DNA from: Lama glama
Lineage: Eukaryota
Assembly: GCA_028534125.1 (NCBI GenBank)
Contig: CM052817.1
Coordinates: forward strand, 109,246,001-109,310,000
DNA: 64,000 nt
Direction: 5' to 3'
Positions 12,272 through 24,450 of this stretch are shown one piece after another. The notes beneath the pieces were generated by a model. The model worked only from the letters and a program-made list of their open reading frames with translations, made no database searches and was not told where the DNA came from. Numbering within the stretch: position 1 is the stretch's first letter; each line of letters opens with the position of its first letter. The translations under genes and the position numbers were made by a program.

Positions 12272-15200
12272 TTATGGGGTTCAGGGAAGACCACCCCTTT
12301 GGCATACTGATTATTTTGAACTACTTAAGAAACAGCCAGTGAAAGAAGATCATTCTGACCTTCCTCTGTTCCACTGAGAGAAGGAAATAAATCCAGGTGA
12401 AAGGTACCCTCCCTGCCCCAGGAGGTGCACAGACATCCTGACTGCCAGGGAGGGAATTCAAGGCTGGGAAGGCTGTGTAAACAAACTTGGCTTGGTGTCT
12501 TCACTCATTAGTACCCAAGCCTCAGTCTCTTGTCTTGTCAGTTCTTTACACATGGGTTGTTTGTCTGAAAAGGTACAATTGTCCCTCGCCATTTACATAG
12601 GGATGGGCTCTAGGCATTGCTGTGTACTCCAAAATCCACAGGTGCTTAGTCCCTTAGTGCTGTCAGACCTCTGTATCTGCAGGTTTCCCATCTCAGCCTG
12701 CAAACATGGAGGGCCAGTGGTACATTTACTGAAACAACACTGCATATAAGTTGACCCATAGAGTTAAAACTTGTGATGTTAGGGGGTCAACTGTATAAAA
12801 GCTGCCTGCTTCGATCTCTTCTTTGCATCTCACCTTTCCACAGACACCTGGAAGCACAAAATTAAAATTTGATTTTCCTCTGTTGATCTGTCTTATGTCA
12901 ACCTAGTTATTAGAACAGCCAGAAGAACATAGAAGAGTAGAGAAAAAAAATTTCCATCCCCAAGAGTTGGCATCGTCACCTTCACTGGCTGAACGCTGTC
13001 ACCCCTGAGGCTGACGCAGCTGGGGGATCGGAGCCCTGTGACAGGCACTGGCGGAAAGTAAGAATTCTTGCCAAATCCATCTCTTGAATCTGTGCCTGCG
13101 GGACCTGATGGAAATCAGAGTAGTGAGAACCTTTTCTTCCCCCCTCTTTTTCTAAATTTAGATTAGCAGGAGAAAAATATTTGTGGAACGAGTTTCTTTG
13201 GCACAGCAACGCCAGTGAAAATTTGGTTTTGGACTGAGGACTCTTATTTTCAATTGATCATTTTCTTACCAGAGACAGTCACTGTTTTGCTTTGTTGTGT
13301 CAGTTGTCATGAGGAGGGAAACCATAGGACGAGGTTTTCCTTTTGCCTTATTCTTTGTCTCGAGAGCCTGGCTCTGTGACCAGCGAGAAGACTCTCTCCG
13401 TTCCCAGGAGCCCGGAGCCGCACACACCGGTGTCAAGCGGGCTGGAGTTCGGGGACACCGGGTTACGCGCAGCTCTCTCTTTGGGCATGCCAGCTCTCCC
13501 GGGAGTTTGTCACGCAGGGTCCCAGTCCATAGGGGGCCTCTGTAGGCTTCACTGCTTTGTTAATGCCAGAAGGGTCCAGTTCCAGTAACAGCTGCCCAGG
13601 GTCAGGGAGGAGCGGGTGTGCACATTTCACGTTCCCATGGGAGATGGAGACCCTCTTTCCACTACACTATTTTTACCACCTGTCTAACAAAGGCGTTTGA
13701 TTTCTTTGGCCATTTTGGGAGTGAAATTTATGGATCTTGCGTTGCGGTCTCTTGCGACCCCCTCCTGAGTCCACAGTAAAACCATAAAAAGGCTTATTAG
13801 TTTCAGTCGCTATTGAGACTAGCAGATCCTACTTGTCAGTGGCCAGATGACAGACCCTTTGAGTTGACTATATTTCAAAGAAGGAAAACAAAAATTTTAG
13901 AGAGTTCTCATCCTCGAAAGTCATCTCATTGGAAGGAAAGGCCAAATTAAAAAGAGGACAGAAAGAAATGTAACAGCTTAGCCTCAGGAAACCTCTTAAC
14001 AAGATGAAAGAGCAGAAATAAAACTCAGAATAAAATTAAAGTCCGCATCCAACATGAACTCTTCCTCTTCAAATCTGAGCCCATCTTGTAAGCAAACTCC
14101 TTGAAGTCCTTCATGTTCCCTGAAAAATACAGCAAACTCCCAGCTGCTTATTTTAACTTGCCTTTCCCTGCAAGATTTACAGAGAGCACTGCAGCCCAGC
14201 CTTCAGACCTAGGATATATGGGTCACTCATGTAAACACTAGAAGCCGGAAAATAAATTGAACAGAAGCACTCAGAACAGACGATCAGTCTCAAACATAAG
14301 GCTTGCTTTTCTGGCCTCTGTAATCAGGTGCTGCCCGCATCAGGCCTTCATACGCACTGTCCTTCGTGGATGTGTCTCAGACCCCACCACAAAGGATCTG
14401 TGTCCCCTGGACAGCAACAGATCCTTTCAATTTCAAAGCCCCTTTACTTCCACTTTCAGGAGAGTCTGCCAGATTTAGAGAGGTGAAGAAAAAATAGCCC
14501 ACAAAATTTCATCCTTTCTCTGTCCCTTGAAGTTGTGAGTTTTACCATATTTTTGAAATATAATTATATATATATAAACACTGTGGCTCACATTTGCCTG
14601 AGACTGACCCTGGCTAGCTCAATCAGTGAAGCTGGAGGCAAAAAAAAAAAAAAAAAAAAAAAAAAGGAAAAGTGGCTTTGTAAGAATACAAACTGCTGGA
14701 AAAGCTCTTTTCCCCAAAACCTAGTTAACAGCCTCCTTAAGGTTACATTTCAAAGACAAATGCAAATCTTGAAAGTATTCTCCACCAACAGTAAAACCCT
14801 TGAGCCATCTGAATGGATAAACTTAACTTATTCCAACTGTTCCTTATAAATGCGTGAGTTTTATATTGTTATACTTTGTGTCTGTCTGTCTGTCTGTATG
14901 TCTGTGTGTGGACATCATAGTTATGGTACTTTTCTACCTCTGGACTTTATTGCCAATATTAATTTATCAAAGAGCTCTATTAATTCACTTAAAAATAAGC
15001 ACTTATGAATTAAGTATTTCTAAGTTTCAGAAATGTAATAGAAACAAACTCAAATGTTTTTGAAATTCACATTATGTGTGATAATTTTCAGTAAATAAAA
15101 AGTAATTTAAGTTTGTTGGTTTAATTGATACAAGCATGCCTTTACAGTAATTGACACTAAGCATAGTACTTTTATTCTACCTCGATTTACTAAAAGTCAA

Positions 15201-17069
15201 ATAAAATTTGTTACTTCTGTTACAAAATTTGTCTGTGAGAAAATAATATGATGGGCTAACTGCTTTAGTACTTTATAAAATGCTCATGAGTATGAATGTT
15301 AAAAATAAATGAATTACCTAGATGCAAGTAAGATACGAGTTTTAAAGTAAATTTTTTAGCAATGATTGTTTTATGATATATCTGCTTAGTTTCCCAAACC
15401 TCTTTGGTAACTTCCACTTTTAGAATTTTGCTGAGTAAGTTAAATGATAGGAATGAACTGAAAGTGTAGATTATTTCCAAATAAGATAAGAGACTGAAAT
15501 CTTAATTGTTAAAAAGTTTAAGTTTACCAACTTTTGACCTCTTGTTACAGAGACTACAATGGTTGGGTCTCTTAGTAAACACAGCTTATGCCACGTTGAA
15601 AAATTGCTCTATGAGGAAGTATATGTATCTAAAAGTTATAAAATATAACCATAAATTTGCTAATATAAAGAATGCTGGTATAGAAAGAATTGTGAGTTCA
15701 AACTGCTTACTTCTTAGATTTCACTAGAAATTAAACTTCTTAAGGGTTAAAGAATTCTAATTAATATATGGAATTATAATTATTAGAACTAATCAGAGAA
15801 ACTTAACTGTGTATGCAAAAAGAAAGGTAGAATACATATTTTTGGCAAGAAAAGGAAGAATGGAGATGCATGTTTGTTTAGGAAAGAGAAAGTAATTTTG
15901 TCCTAAAGTAGAGTTTACTATTCCTGAATAAGCGAAAAACAAGGGACACACCAAAATGGACAGAAACATGTATAGAAGTCATGTGAAAAAGAAGTCTTGG
16001 GAAAATCATTTTACATGTGATCAAGCTGGGCAAGATTGAATAAATGTATTATAGAGGTTTTAAAAATAAGCTTTAATATCAATAGTGTACTTACATGAAT
16101 ATTTAATTTTCTCTCATCTGCTAAACGAACAAAATTTTCTTGGACTACTGGTCTGCTGCTATCACTCATTTGCCTCAACTTGCCATCGAAGCTGTTGATA
16201 AAGTTATGCCCAAGCACAAACTGGAAGTTGAAGACATACTACCTGGTCCCTTCAGATGAGTTTTGCTGCAGTATTGGCTCTGGGGCCTCAAACATAGCAA
16301 TCAGATTGAGTTATTGGTATAATGATGCCTTAAAATGTGCCGTGTTATCAGGTAATTAATTAGGTTGGTTGGCTCAGGAGTTAACCTGCCAGGAATAAAT
16401 GTTATGAATCACAACCATTTAACTAACCTGATCTATTCTCAGGACCAAGAGGCTGGCTCAGTGAGATACAGGACAATCTATTAACCCATCTGCTAATCTA
16501 ATTCTTGCTTCACAGCCACCAGTCCAACACGTAATCATGAAACTCAGGGAAGTTCCAAAAGAGGAAACTGATGAGGTTCAGCAAATGCCAACGCAAAGTA
16601 CGCCACTTTGGCAAATTGATTATTTTGGATTCAAGTTACTCAAGAATCACTCAGTGTAAGAAGAAGAATCTGCCCCTCACCTGTGCCCCCCTGAAAGCAG
16701 GAAATACATCTCCCAGGCGAAAGACAGACTCCCTGCACCAGGAGGAGGCAGAGAAACATCCTTATTGCTGGAGGTGGGAAGTTCAGGGTCAGGAGGCTAT
16801 GCAGACAAATTCTGCTTAGAGTTTCCTCACTCATTGGTGCCCAAGCCTGATTCTTTTTGTTTTGTCAGTTCTTCACAAATTTATTGTTTCTTTAACTAAA
16901 AGTTATAAAAAGCTGCCTGCTTTGGTCATTTCTTTGAGTCTCATATTTCTGTAAACTCCTGTAGTGAAGAAAATAAATTTGATTTTCTCCTCTTAACCTA
17001 TGCCATGTCAATTTAATTATCAGCCAGAAGAATCTAGAAGAGTAGAGGAAAGTTTTTTTCTCCCCAAAG
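12272..17069 (+). mobile_element. Complete non-autonomous ERV1 provirus with MER34-like LTRs
   Basis: 5' LTR ~12272-12965, 3' LTR 16569-17069 after a purine tract (aaaagaggaaac), TSD catt at 12268-12271 and 17070-17073; AT-rich internal region with no retroviral ORF. Confidence 0.8.
12576..12793 (+). mobile_element. Tigger-type MITE (MER2/MER8-like) nested in the 5' LTR
   Basis: Inverted ends caattgtccct...gggggtcaactg, TA TSD on both sides; absent from the 3' LTR. Confidence 0.85.
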
Positions 17070-17388
17070 CATTTAAAGGTCCTGGAGAAGATGGTGAAAT
17101 ATACATATATGTATATACAGGTATCTTTAGTTAATTCGAAACGATTGTATTTTTTAATAGTAAGCTAATGGTTTCAATAATTTACATACATTTTATAGCA
17201 AAAGGTGAAATGAGTTAGGGAATACTGTTTGTGCAAAACAGTTTTTGCTTTCTCCAGGTTAAAAAGCACTGTTTATTTTTTCATCAGTGAGAAGAAAAGT
17301 CTGGTGGCAGTTTCTGGTCCTAGCGTCCTCTGGCTGTAGAGGTCCACTGCATGGCTGGTCATGGTGCCAGCTGGAAATGTGAGGCTAC

Positions 17389-17521
17389 CAGTTCAGGGAG
17401 CCTCCCGTGGATCGCATCCTTCTCACTGTCAATTTGAGCATTAAAATGTCTCTGAGGACAGCAACTTTCTAAAATGAAGTCTGTGATAAAGGAGAGGAAC
17501 TGCTCTCAGAAACGCTGCCAT
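17389..17521 (-). pseudogene. Exon remnant, 133 nt
   Basis: Acceptor tagtatttcag|; phase 2 matches the upstream exon; WQRF*EQFLSFITDFILESCCPQRHFNAQIDSEKDAIHGRLPEL; donor CTG|gtagcc. Confidence 0.55.
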
Positions 17522-17724
17522 CTGAAATACTAAATTCTCCTGGGGGCAAGCTAAAGAAACCTTCCCTTAGTTAAAAAAAATAAAAATAAAGAGATAGCTA
17601 ACAAATTAGATGTTCAAGGCAACTAACACTCATACTTATAGGTTGCATGAATGCTAGGCTGTGAATGAAAGCTTATAATTTTGGTGCCAGCTCTCCAGAG
17701 GAGAGACTAAACACAGACAATTAC

Positions 17725-18152
17725 AAATGAAAAAAATATATACAGAGAATCCATTTCTGGATTTAAAGATATGTGCGTTCAAAGCAGTGGGAAAGCTAGC
17801 AAGAGAAATAGTCTGTCCAGAAAGGCTCCTAGAAGAATGCAAACACTTGTTGAGAAAGAGCTTCAAATTTAGAACCTAAACGTATCTTAAAAATATTTAG
17901 TCCACACTTCCATGTTTTAGATATGGAACTAAAGGAGTGATGTGAATTTAAGAAAGACACAAAATTCGAACAGGGGAGAACTGCACTGAAACTTGGATCT
18001 CCAAGGATGTATTCAGAGGTCTTTCCACACAACAAACATTCTTTTCTGCAGGCACTTAATGAGGGCGTAAAATATGGATGGCAGTTGATGACTGGGGCAT
18101 GTAAAGATGGATCTTCACCCAAACAGCTTCCATTACAGGAAGAGGATGCCAC
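17725..18152 (-). pseudogene. Large exon remnant encoding most of an RGS-like domain
   Basis: Acceptor atctcttcag| sits exactly at the start of the 107-aa ORF. NFVSFLNSHHSFSSISKTW resembles RGS22 HFRQFLETHSSSMDLMCW. Three in-frame stops, then IQKWILCIYFFH; donor |gtaatt, phase 2. Confidence 0.6.
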
Positions 18153-18571
18153 CTGAAGAGATTTCCTAGCACAGTATCAGTGTCATAAAGGAAGAATAAT
18201 GGAAGTTCCAGTACATTAAACATAGCCTTCGAGAACTGGCAAGTGCTCAGTGAGTTTATAAACATGACCTTAGAGTCCATGACCTTAGAGTTTTGTTGCT
18301 GACGATGAGGATGAAGTTTAAAAATATAAAAAGTCAATGCTCTTTGGTTCTGACCACGTCTGACTACAAATTATTCAGCATGTTTCCTTTATCTTTCGTG
18401 AATTATTTGTTTCTCCTTTACCTTATTTATTAACTTATAATACGTTAATGTTCTAATTATGAATTTAATTTGTACAATGACTTTTGTATTTCTTGATACT
18501 GCCCTGATATATTCCCATGGAAAAGTGAATCTAGTAAAACAATTATGAGAGACTTTTTACATGGAGTACTC

Positions 18572-19496
18572 TGATACTGGGATTTATAATGAGAAATGTG
18601 TATTTGGTCTTCTTGATTCTGACACAGAGCTTCTAAAACCCTCGGAGTTTACTAAGGGATGAAATTGAAAAAGGTGTCTTTTGCTATGTTAGTGGGGTGG
18701 TGACTTGAATCTCACCTAAACATGGGGCCTGGGGCCAGGAGACCCAACCAAGCGATTAGAGGATTGAAATTTTCAGTCCATCCCTCCAAGCTCCAGGATG
18801 GAAGAAGCGCTGGAGGTTGAATTAATCACCAACGTCCAAAGATCAAATCATTTCCCCTATGTAACAGACCCGCCATAAGACCCCAAAAGGACAGCGCTTG
18901 GAGAGCTTTGGCTGGTGAACGGGTGTGGGATTGGGAAGGCTGGTGAGCTCAGAAACGGCATTAAAAACTCTATACCATTTCCAATGTTGTGTCACATTCC
19001 AGCATAGAGCACAATTTTTCAGTTATATGTGAACATAAATATATTCATTGACACAACATTGTAAAATGATTATAAATCAATAAAAAATGTTAAAAAGTTA
19101 AGTGATCAAACAGTGAAAAAACAAAAACAAACAAACAAATTCTACACCATTTCCCCACACTTTGCTCTAGACATCTCTTCCATCTGGCTGTCCCTGAGGC
19201 ATGTGTTTTTTTTGTTTTGTTTGTTTGTTTGTTTTGTTTTTAATAACAAACCAGAAATCTTGGAAGTAAAATGTTTCTCTGAGTTCTGTGAGCTGCTCTG
19301 GCAAACCAAACCAAAGGAGGGGATTGTTGGAAACTCCAATCTTTATAGCCAATTGGTTAGAAGTACAGGAGAAAACCCAGGCTTGTGATTGACATATGAA
19401 GTGGGGGAGGATGAGCATTCTTGGGGACTGGTGTCAGAGAATTGCTTGGTGGTGGCTCCCCACTCAGTTTGGATTTGGGTGCAAAAGTTTAGATAC
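18572..19496. mobile_element. MER21-type LTR interrupted by a short L1
   Basis: Characteristic text (gtatttggtct...acagagcttctaaaaccct; ctgagttctgtgagctgctctggcaaa). Confidence 0.7.
18983..19136 (+). mobile_element. Very short 5'-inverted L1 with ~18-bp TSD
   Basis: TSD aaactctataccatttcc / aaattctacaccatttcc; inverted part 18983-19049, sense part from 19050. Confidence 0.85.
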
Positions 19497-20604
19497 TGTC
19501 ACTGAAACCCAAGCACATTCAGTGTGTTGTTCCTAACTGAAAATTAGCTGTCAACAATATGATAAATTCTAAATTTGTTTAGTAGATGACAAAAATTAAG
19601 TGAGACTTGAAAGGAGAATCAGTGAAGGAAGTTAAATATGTACCAAGAAGTTTAGGGATTATTTGGAAATGTCATTTATGTTAAATGCTTTCCTTTGTTA
19701 TCTTAAAGGAGTAATGGAGAGAGGAAAGCTGTATAGTTTTATTAAAATGTAAATTTCTATCACAATGAATCCCAGATGTAATTTTACGGAAATTTCACAA
19801 AATATAAGGGAAAATCATGTCTTCATTTCTTTCTCTTCTTGTAATCAACATGTCCCTTCCTTTTTTCTTCCCAGTCATCACAAATTATCCCCATCAGTAT
19901 TAATAAAAGCTCAGGCCCCTAGAAAATTCTGGGAGGTGTTCATTTTAAAGCATTTTCCTAAAGCACGTTATTTTCACATGTCAGTATGATAGATAGAAAT
20001 GGTTCTTTTTGATTGTTCAAAGTCATGGAAGACAATCTGTTATGTACTCTATTTTATATTAAAATCCAGCAGGCATTCTAGGACATTTGTAGTGTCTATT
20101 AATCTAAAATCTAAAACAATGCAGTACTAACAACAACAAAACAGAAAATGAAAAAAATTCTAAAGAAAACAAAAAAAATGCTAAAACAACTTTAAAAATA
20201 GTACTTATGAAAAGCCTTTCTTATAAGTTGTATTTCCTCATCTGTCTTCCACAATCCATAACTGAATTGGGGGAAAAAAAATAACCAATTTAATTTTCCA
20301 AAGTTGGGTGGAAAATCACAAGGAACATTCTGGTTGCCACCTGTAGTTTAATGGCCAAAAAGTCTATTTTAAAACGCTAAACTGCGTAGTTTTTCTATAG
20401 AGCTGTCTGGGGTTCTGCATTCCAAACTGATAAGACTAGATACCGTACAAATATAAAACAGTTGCTTCTAAAATGTGTCTGAAAAATACGGTGTTTTTTA
20501 ATGGTATTGGTGATAGTCCTTGACCTTTTTCAATTTAGTCTATTGAATGTTAACATACAGCAGGGATTGTAAACATGGAGAAGCAATTTGACCTTCCTTA
20601 TTTC

Positions 20605-21080
20605 TGTAGCTGTACGTAGGGTGGCCATAACAAAGTGCCATAACCTGGGTGACTTAAAAAACAAATTTATTCTCAGAGTTCTGGAGGAGAGCACCCCAAG
20701 ATTAAGGCGTCAAAGGCATCAGTGGGTTGTTTCCCTGTGAGGGAAAGTTTGTTCATGCTTCTCATCCAGCCTCTGAGGGTTTGCTGGCCATCTTTGGATT
20801 TCTCTGGCTTGTAGAAGCATCACCCCCATCTCTGCCTTCATCTTCACAGGATGTCACTGTGTGTGTGCATGTTTGTGACCAAATTTCCCTTTTCTATAAA
20901 GGCACCAGCCACACTGAAGTAAAGGTCCACCCTGCTCCAGTATGACCTCATTTTAACTTTACTAGTTATACCTGCAAAAATCCTACCAAAATTGGGTCAT
21001 ATTCTGAGGTACTGAAAGTCAGGACTGCAACATATGAATTTGGGGTGGGGGAGAGGGTTAGACACAATTCAACCTATAGC
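20605..21080 (-). mobile_element. MLT1 (MaLR) LTR
   Basis: gggtggccataacaaagtgccataacctgggtgacttaaa...acacaattcaacctatagca. Confidence 0.8.
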
Positions 21081-21280
21081 ACTTCCCATGGAGAAGGAAG
21101 GAAGTGTGAAAATTCATATCGAAACATAAAAATAATAGGTTTTCAGTTTAAATCCCAGTCAGGTGATCATGTTTGCAATGTAGAAGCCAAAGTATGAGGT
21201 GTACTCATTTACCTAAAGAAACTTAGATTTCAGTATTTTCAATATTTTGGAAGGTTAAATGGTTAATAAAAAAAAATTTG

Positions 21281-21343
21281 TTGACACAACATTGTAAAAT
21301 AAAAATAACTCAATACAAAAAAGTTTAAAACAAAACAAAAAAA
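21281..21343 (+). mobile_element. L1 3' tip
   Basis: gacacaacattgtaaaat...actcaata plus A-tail, flanked by aaaa(t)atttgtt-like TSD. Confidence 0.7.
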
Positions 21344-22129
21344 TATTTGTTTATTTGTAGATAAAGAAATGTTATTTTCCAAAACATTTTTTCTTAGTTC
21401 AACTTTATTGTTATCTCTTTAATTCTTTGAAAATTAGATATTATTTAGAGTTTTGATGCCAGGGATATTCAGGATGTGCTTCAGCGTACAAAATTAAGTC
21501 TTGACTTGTCATTATTTTATTAAAGTAATAAAGACAGAAAATTTATTCTTTGCAACACGTATTTTTTGCCAAAATTTACCTAAACTAAAAGACAGTACAT
21601 AGTAAAATTTTAAAATATGCATAACAACCAAATAGACTTTGGAAAAATCTCTCCTAAAGAATCAAAATTTCTTAAACATTAAGAAATTTATTGTAGTATT
21701 TTTCATAGCAAAAAATCTGGAAAAGTCTAAATTATCAGTAAGAAAGGGCTATTATTTGAATAAATTAAGAAATACCCACCCTATATAATATCAAACAACT
21801 ATTAAAATAAAGATTTATATTCACATTTGTTGATCTGGAGTGATGCCCAATATATATCTTAAAGTTAAAAGAAAAAAAGAAAGAAAATTTCTAAGAAATG
21901 TGTATTGCATGATGCAACATTCATTTAAAAATATTTTTTCACATATGTGCCAGTGTGTTTCTGCATTGGCACAAAGAAATATGTGGAATAATAAATACAA
22001 AGTGGTAAATATCAGTTATGTCAGGGGCCTGGGGTTCAAACAGTAAGGATAAAATCATTAATAGTGCTCCCTAAGAACATTCTCTCACATTACCAAAGAA
22101 AAAAACCAAGTTGGAAAATACACAGATAC

Positions 22130-24450
22130 ACTACTATGAATCCACAGGCCTTATTTCAACTTTGTCAGTTGTCTAAAGATGGTCTATAGAGCTGTTTCCC
22201 AGTCAAGAATCCAATTCACAGTCACATGTTGCATTTTATTGTCATTATCTCTTTAGTCTGCTTTTAGATAATTCTACAATTTTCTTTGCTTTCTTTCTCT
22301 TAACAGTTTTTAAAAGTGTAGATCAGTTATTTTAAAGATTATTTCTCAATTTTTCCCCCTGATGATTCCTGATAACCAGATTCAGGAATTAATGCTGTGT
22401 TGCTTTCCGGGCATCATATCAGCAAGTACTTGGATCAGTTTGGTGTTATATTGCCATCCCAATGTGCTGATGCTAACCTTGATCACCTTGTTAAGGTGGT
22501 CTCCTCCGCTAGGATTCTCAACCATAATTTAACTGTTTTCTCCTATGCAGTTAATAAGTCATTTCTAGGGAGGTATTTTAAGACTATGTAAAAATCTTAT
22601 CCTTTATTAATATTTTTGTTTATAGCAATTTACACTTAGACTCTTGTTTTATTCAGTAGGTTAAAATTCATTATCTTCAATTGGTCAATATTGTTCAGCT
22701 CTCTTATACCCTTGCTGATTTCCTACTTTTTTTTGTACGATAATTTTCCATCAGTTATGGAGGAAAGAGTGCAAAATATTCAAATGTGTTTGTAAGTATC
22801 TCTATCTCTCCCTTTATCTGGTCCATTTGCCTTTGTATTTTGAAGCTCTGTTATTACGGGCATATGTATCTATCATGGTTATGTCTTCCTGACAAATTAC
22901 CCTCCTATGATTATAAAATTTCCTATTGACCTATTTTAATAGTCTGATTTTTCTGACATTAATCAGAGCTATTCCTGCTTTCTAATGCTTACTGTTCCAT
23001 GGCAGCTATTTTTCCATTCTTTTATTTTAAACTGTTTCCTTTTACACAAAATTCATCCTTTGTTTAACATAAAGGTGGGCATTGTTTTGCATCCAGCCTG
23101 AATACCTTGCCTTTTAATTGTAATGTTTATTCTGTTTACAGTCAATGTAACTATTCATTGGTTGGATTCTGGCTTACTATCTTGCTATTTGTGTTCTATT
23201 TGTCCCTTTTGGCTTTTGTTCCTGTATTCTTCCTTTTCTGCTGCTTCTGAGTCGATCAAATTTTTTGCACTGTTTAACTTATTCTAGTGGCTTTTTAGCA
23301 ATAATTCATCATATTTTTATAGCTAACACTATACTAATTTACAAAAATTAAAAAATATTGAATCAGTGTAGCTGCACTTACATTTTTCCAATTCTGCATG
23401 AATTACTGCCATGTATTATTCATCTGCATGTGTTATAAATCACATTATACAATATTATACATTTTTATGTTTATAGTATGTTGACTTTTTTAAAAAGTAA
23501 GAAAATATAAAAAAGATATATATACTTATTTTTACCATCGGTAATTCTTTTAATTTCTTCCTGTAGATTTCAGTGTTCTAGTAGTGTCATATATTTATTT
23601 CTTTTTAGCCTGAAAACCTTCCTGTAGCATTTGTTTATGTGTTTCCTTTTCTTTGAAAATGTCCACAGGTCACACTCTGGTCATATATAGTCTTTTTCCT
23701 TTCTTTTCTTCAGATTGGATAATTTCTACTGATCTATCATTAAGTTCACTGGCCTTTTCTTATGCTTTCTTCAATCTGCTGTTAATCTTATCAAATAAAT
23801 GTTGCACTTGGATATTGCAATTTCAGTTCTAGAATTGCCATTAGGTCATTTTTTATAGTTTCAGTTTCACAGATGACATTTTATGTCTGTTTATTCATCA
23901 CAATCATATCATTCTTTGTGTGCCTGATCATATATATATACAGCAGCTATTTTAAAGATCTTTTCTGCTAACTACAACATCCGTGTTGTCTCAGTTTTGG
24001 ATTCTATTCACTGCTTCTCTTGATGATGGTTCTCATTTTCCTGTTTGTTTTTATGTCTGGTATTATTTTATTTCATACTGGATATTTTGGATGACATGCT
24101 ATAGAGGATATAGGTTCTATTTTTCCTCTGATAAATACTGATTTTGTTACAGAAGGCAACTAAACTTGCTGGACTCGAGGAAGTTTTTAAATGTAGTTTA
24201 TGCATGGCTCTCTTCCTTCTAAAATTTCCCCTCAGTTTTTAGCTATTTTGCCATTTCTGAACTCAAGTTTCTGAATCCTAAGGCCAGTAAGACTGTGGCT
24301 TTCTAAATAAGATATAGTCACCCAATGTATGAATTCAAGTATGATCAAATAAAAAGCCACATAAATAAAAAACACCTGCTTCTGTTCCTTTTATCAAGGC
24401 TCGAATCATCTGGTCCATTTTCTTCCTGGTTTTAGTCTCTCTCCAGTCTT
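22130..24450 (-). mobile_element. Ancient L1 (L1MC/ME-type) fragments
   Basis: T-rich degenerate antisense L1 text (ttttgaagctctgttatta; ttcagattggataatttctactgatctatc). Confidence 0.6.

Noticed and set aside
12966..16568. gag/pol/env coding in the provirus interior
   Set aside because: No long ORF or retroviral protein motif is visible in the six-frame track.
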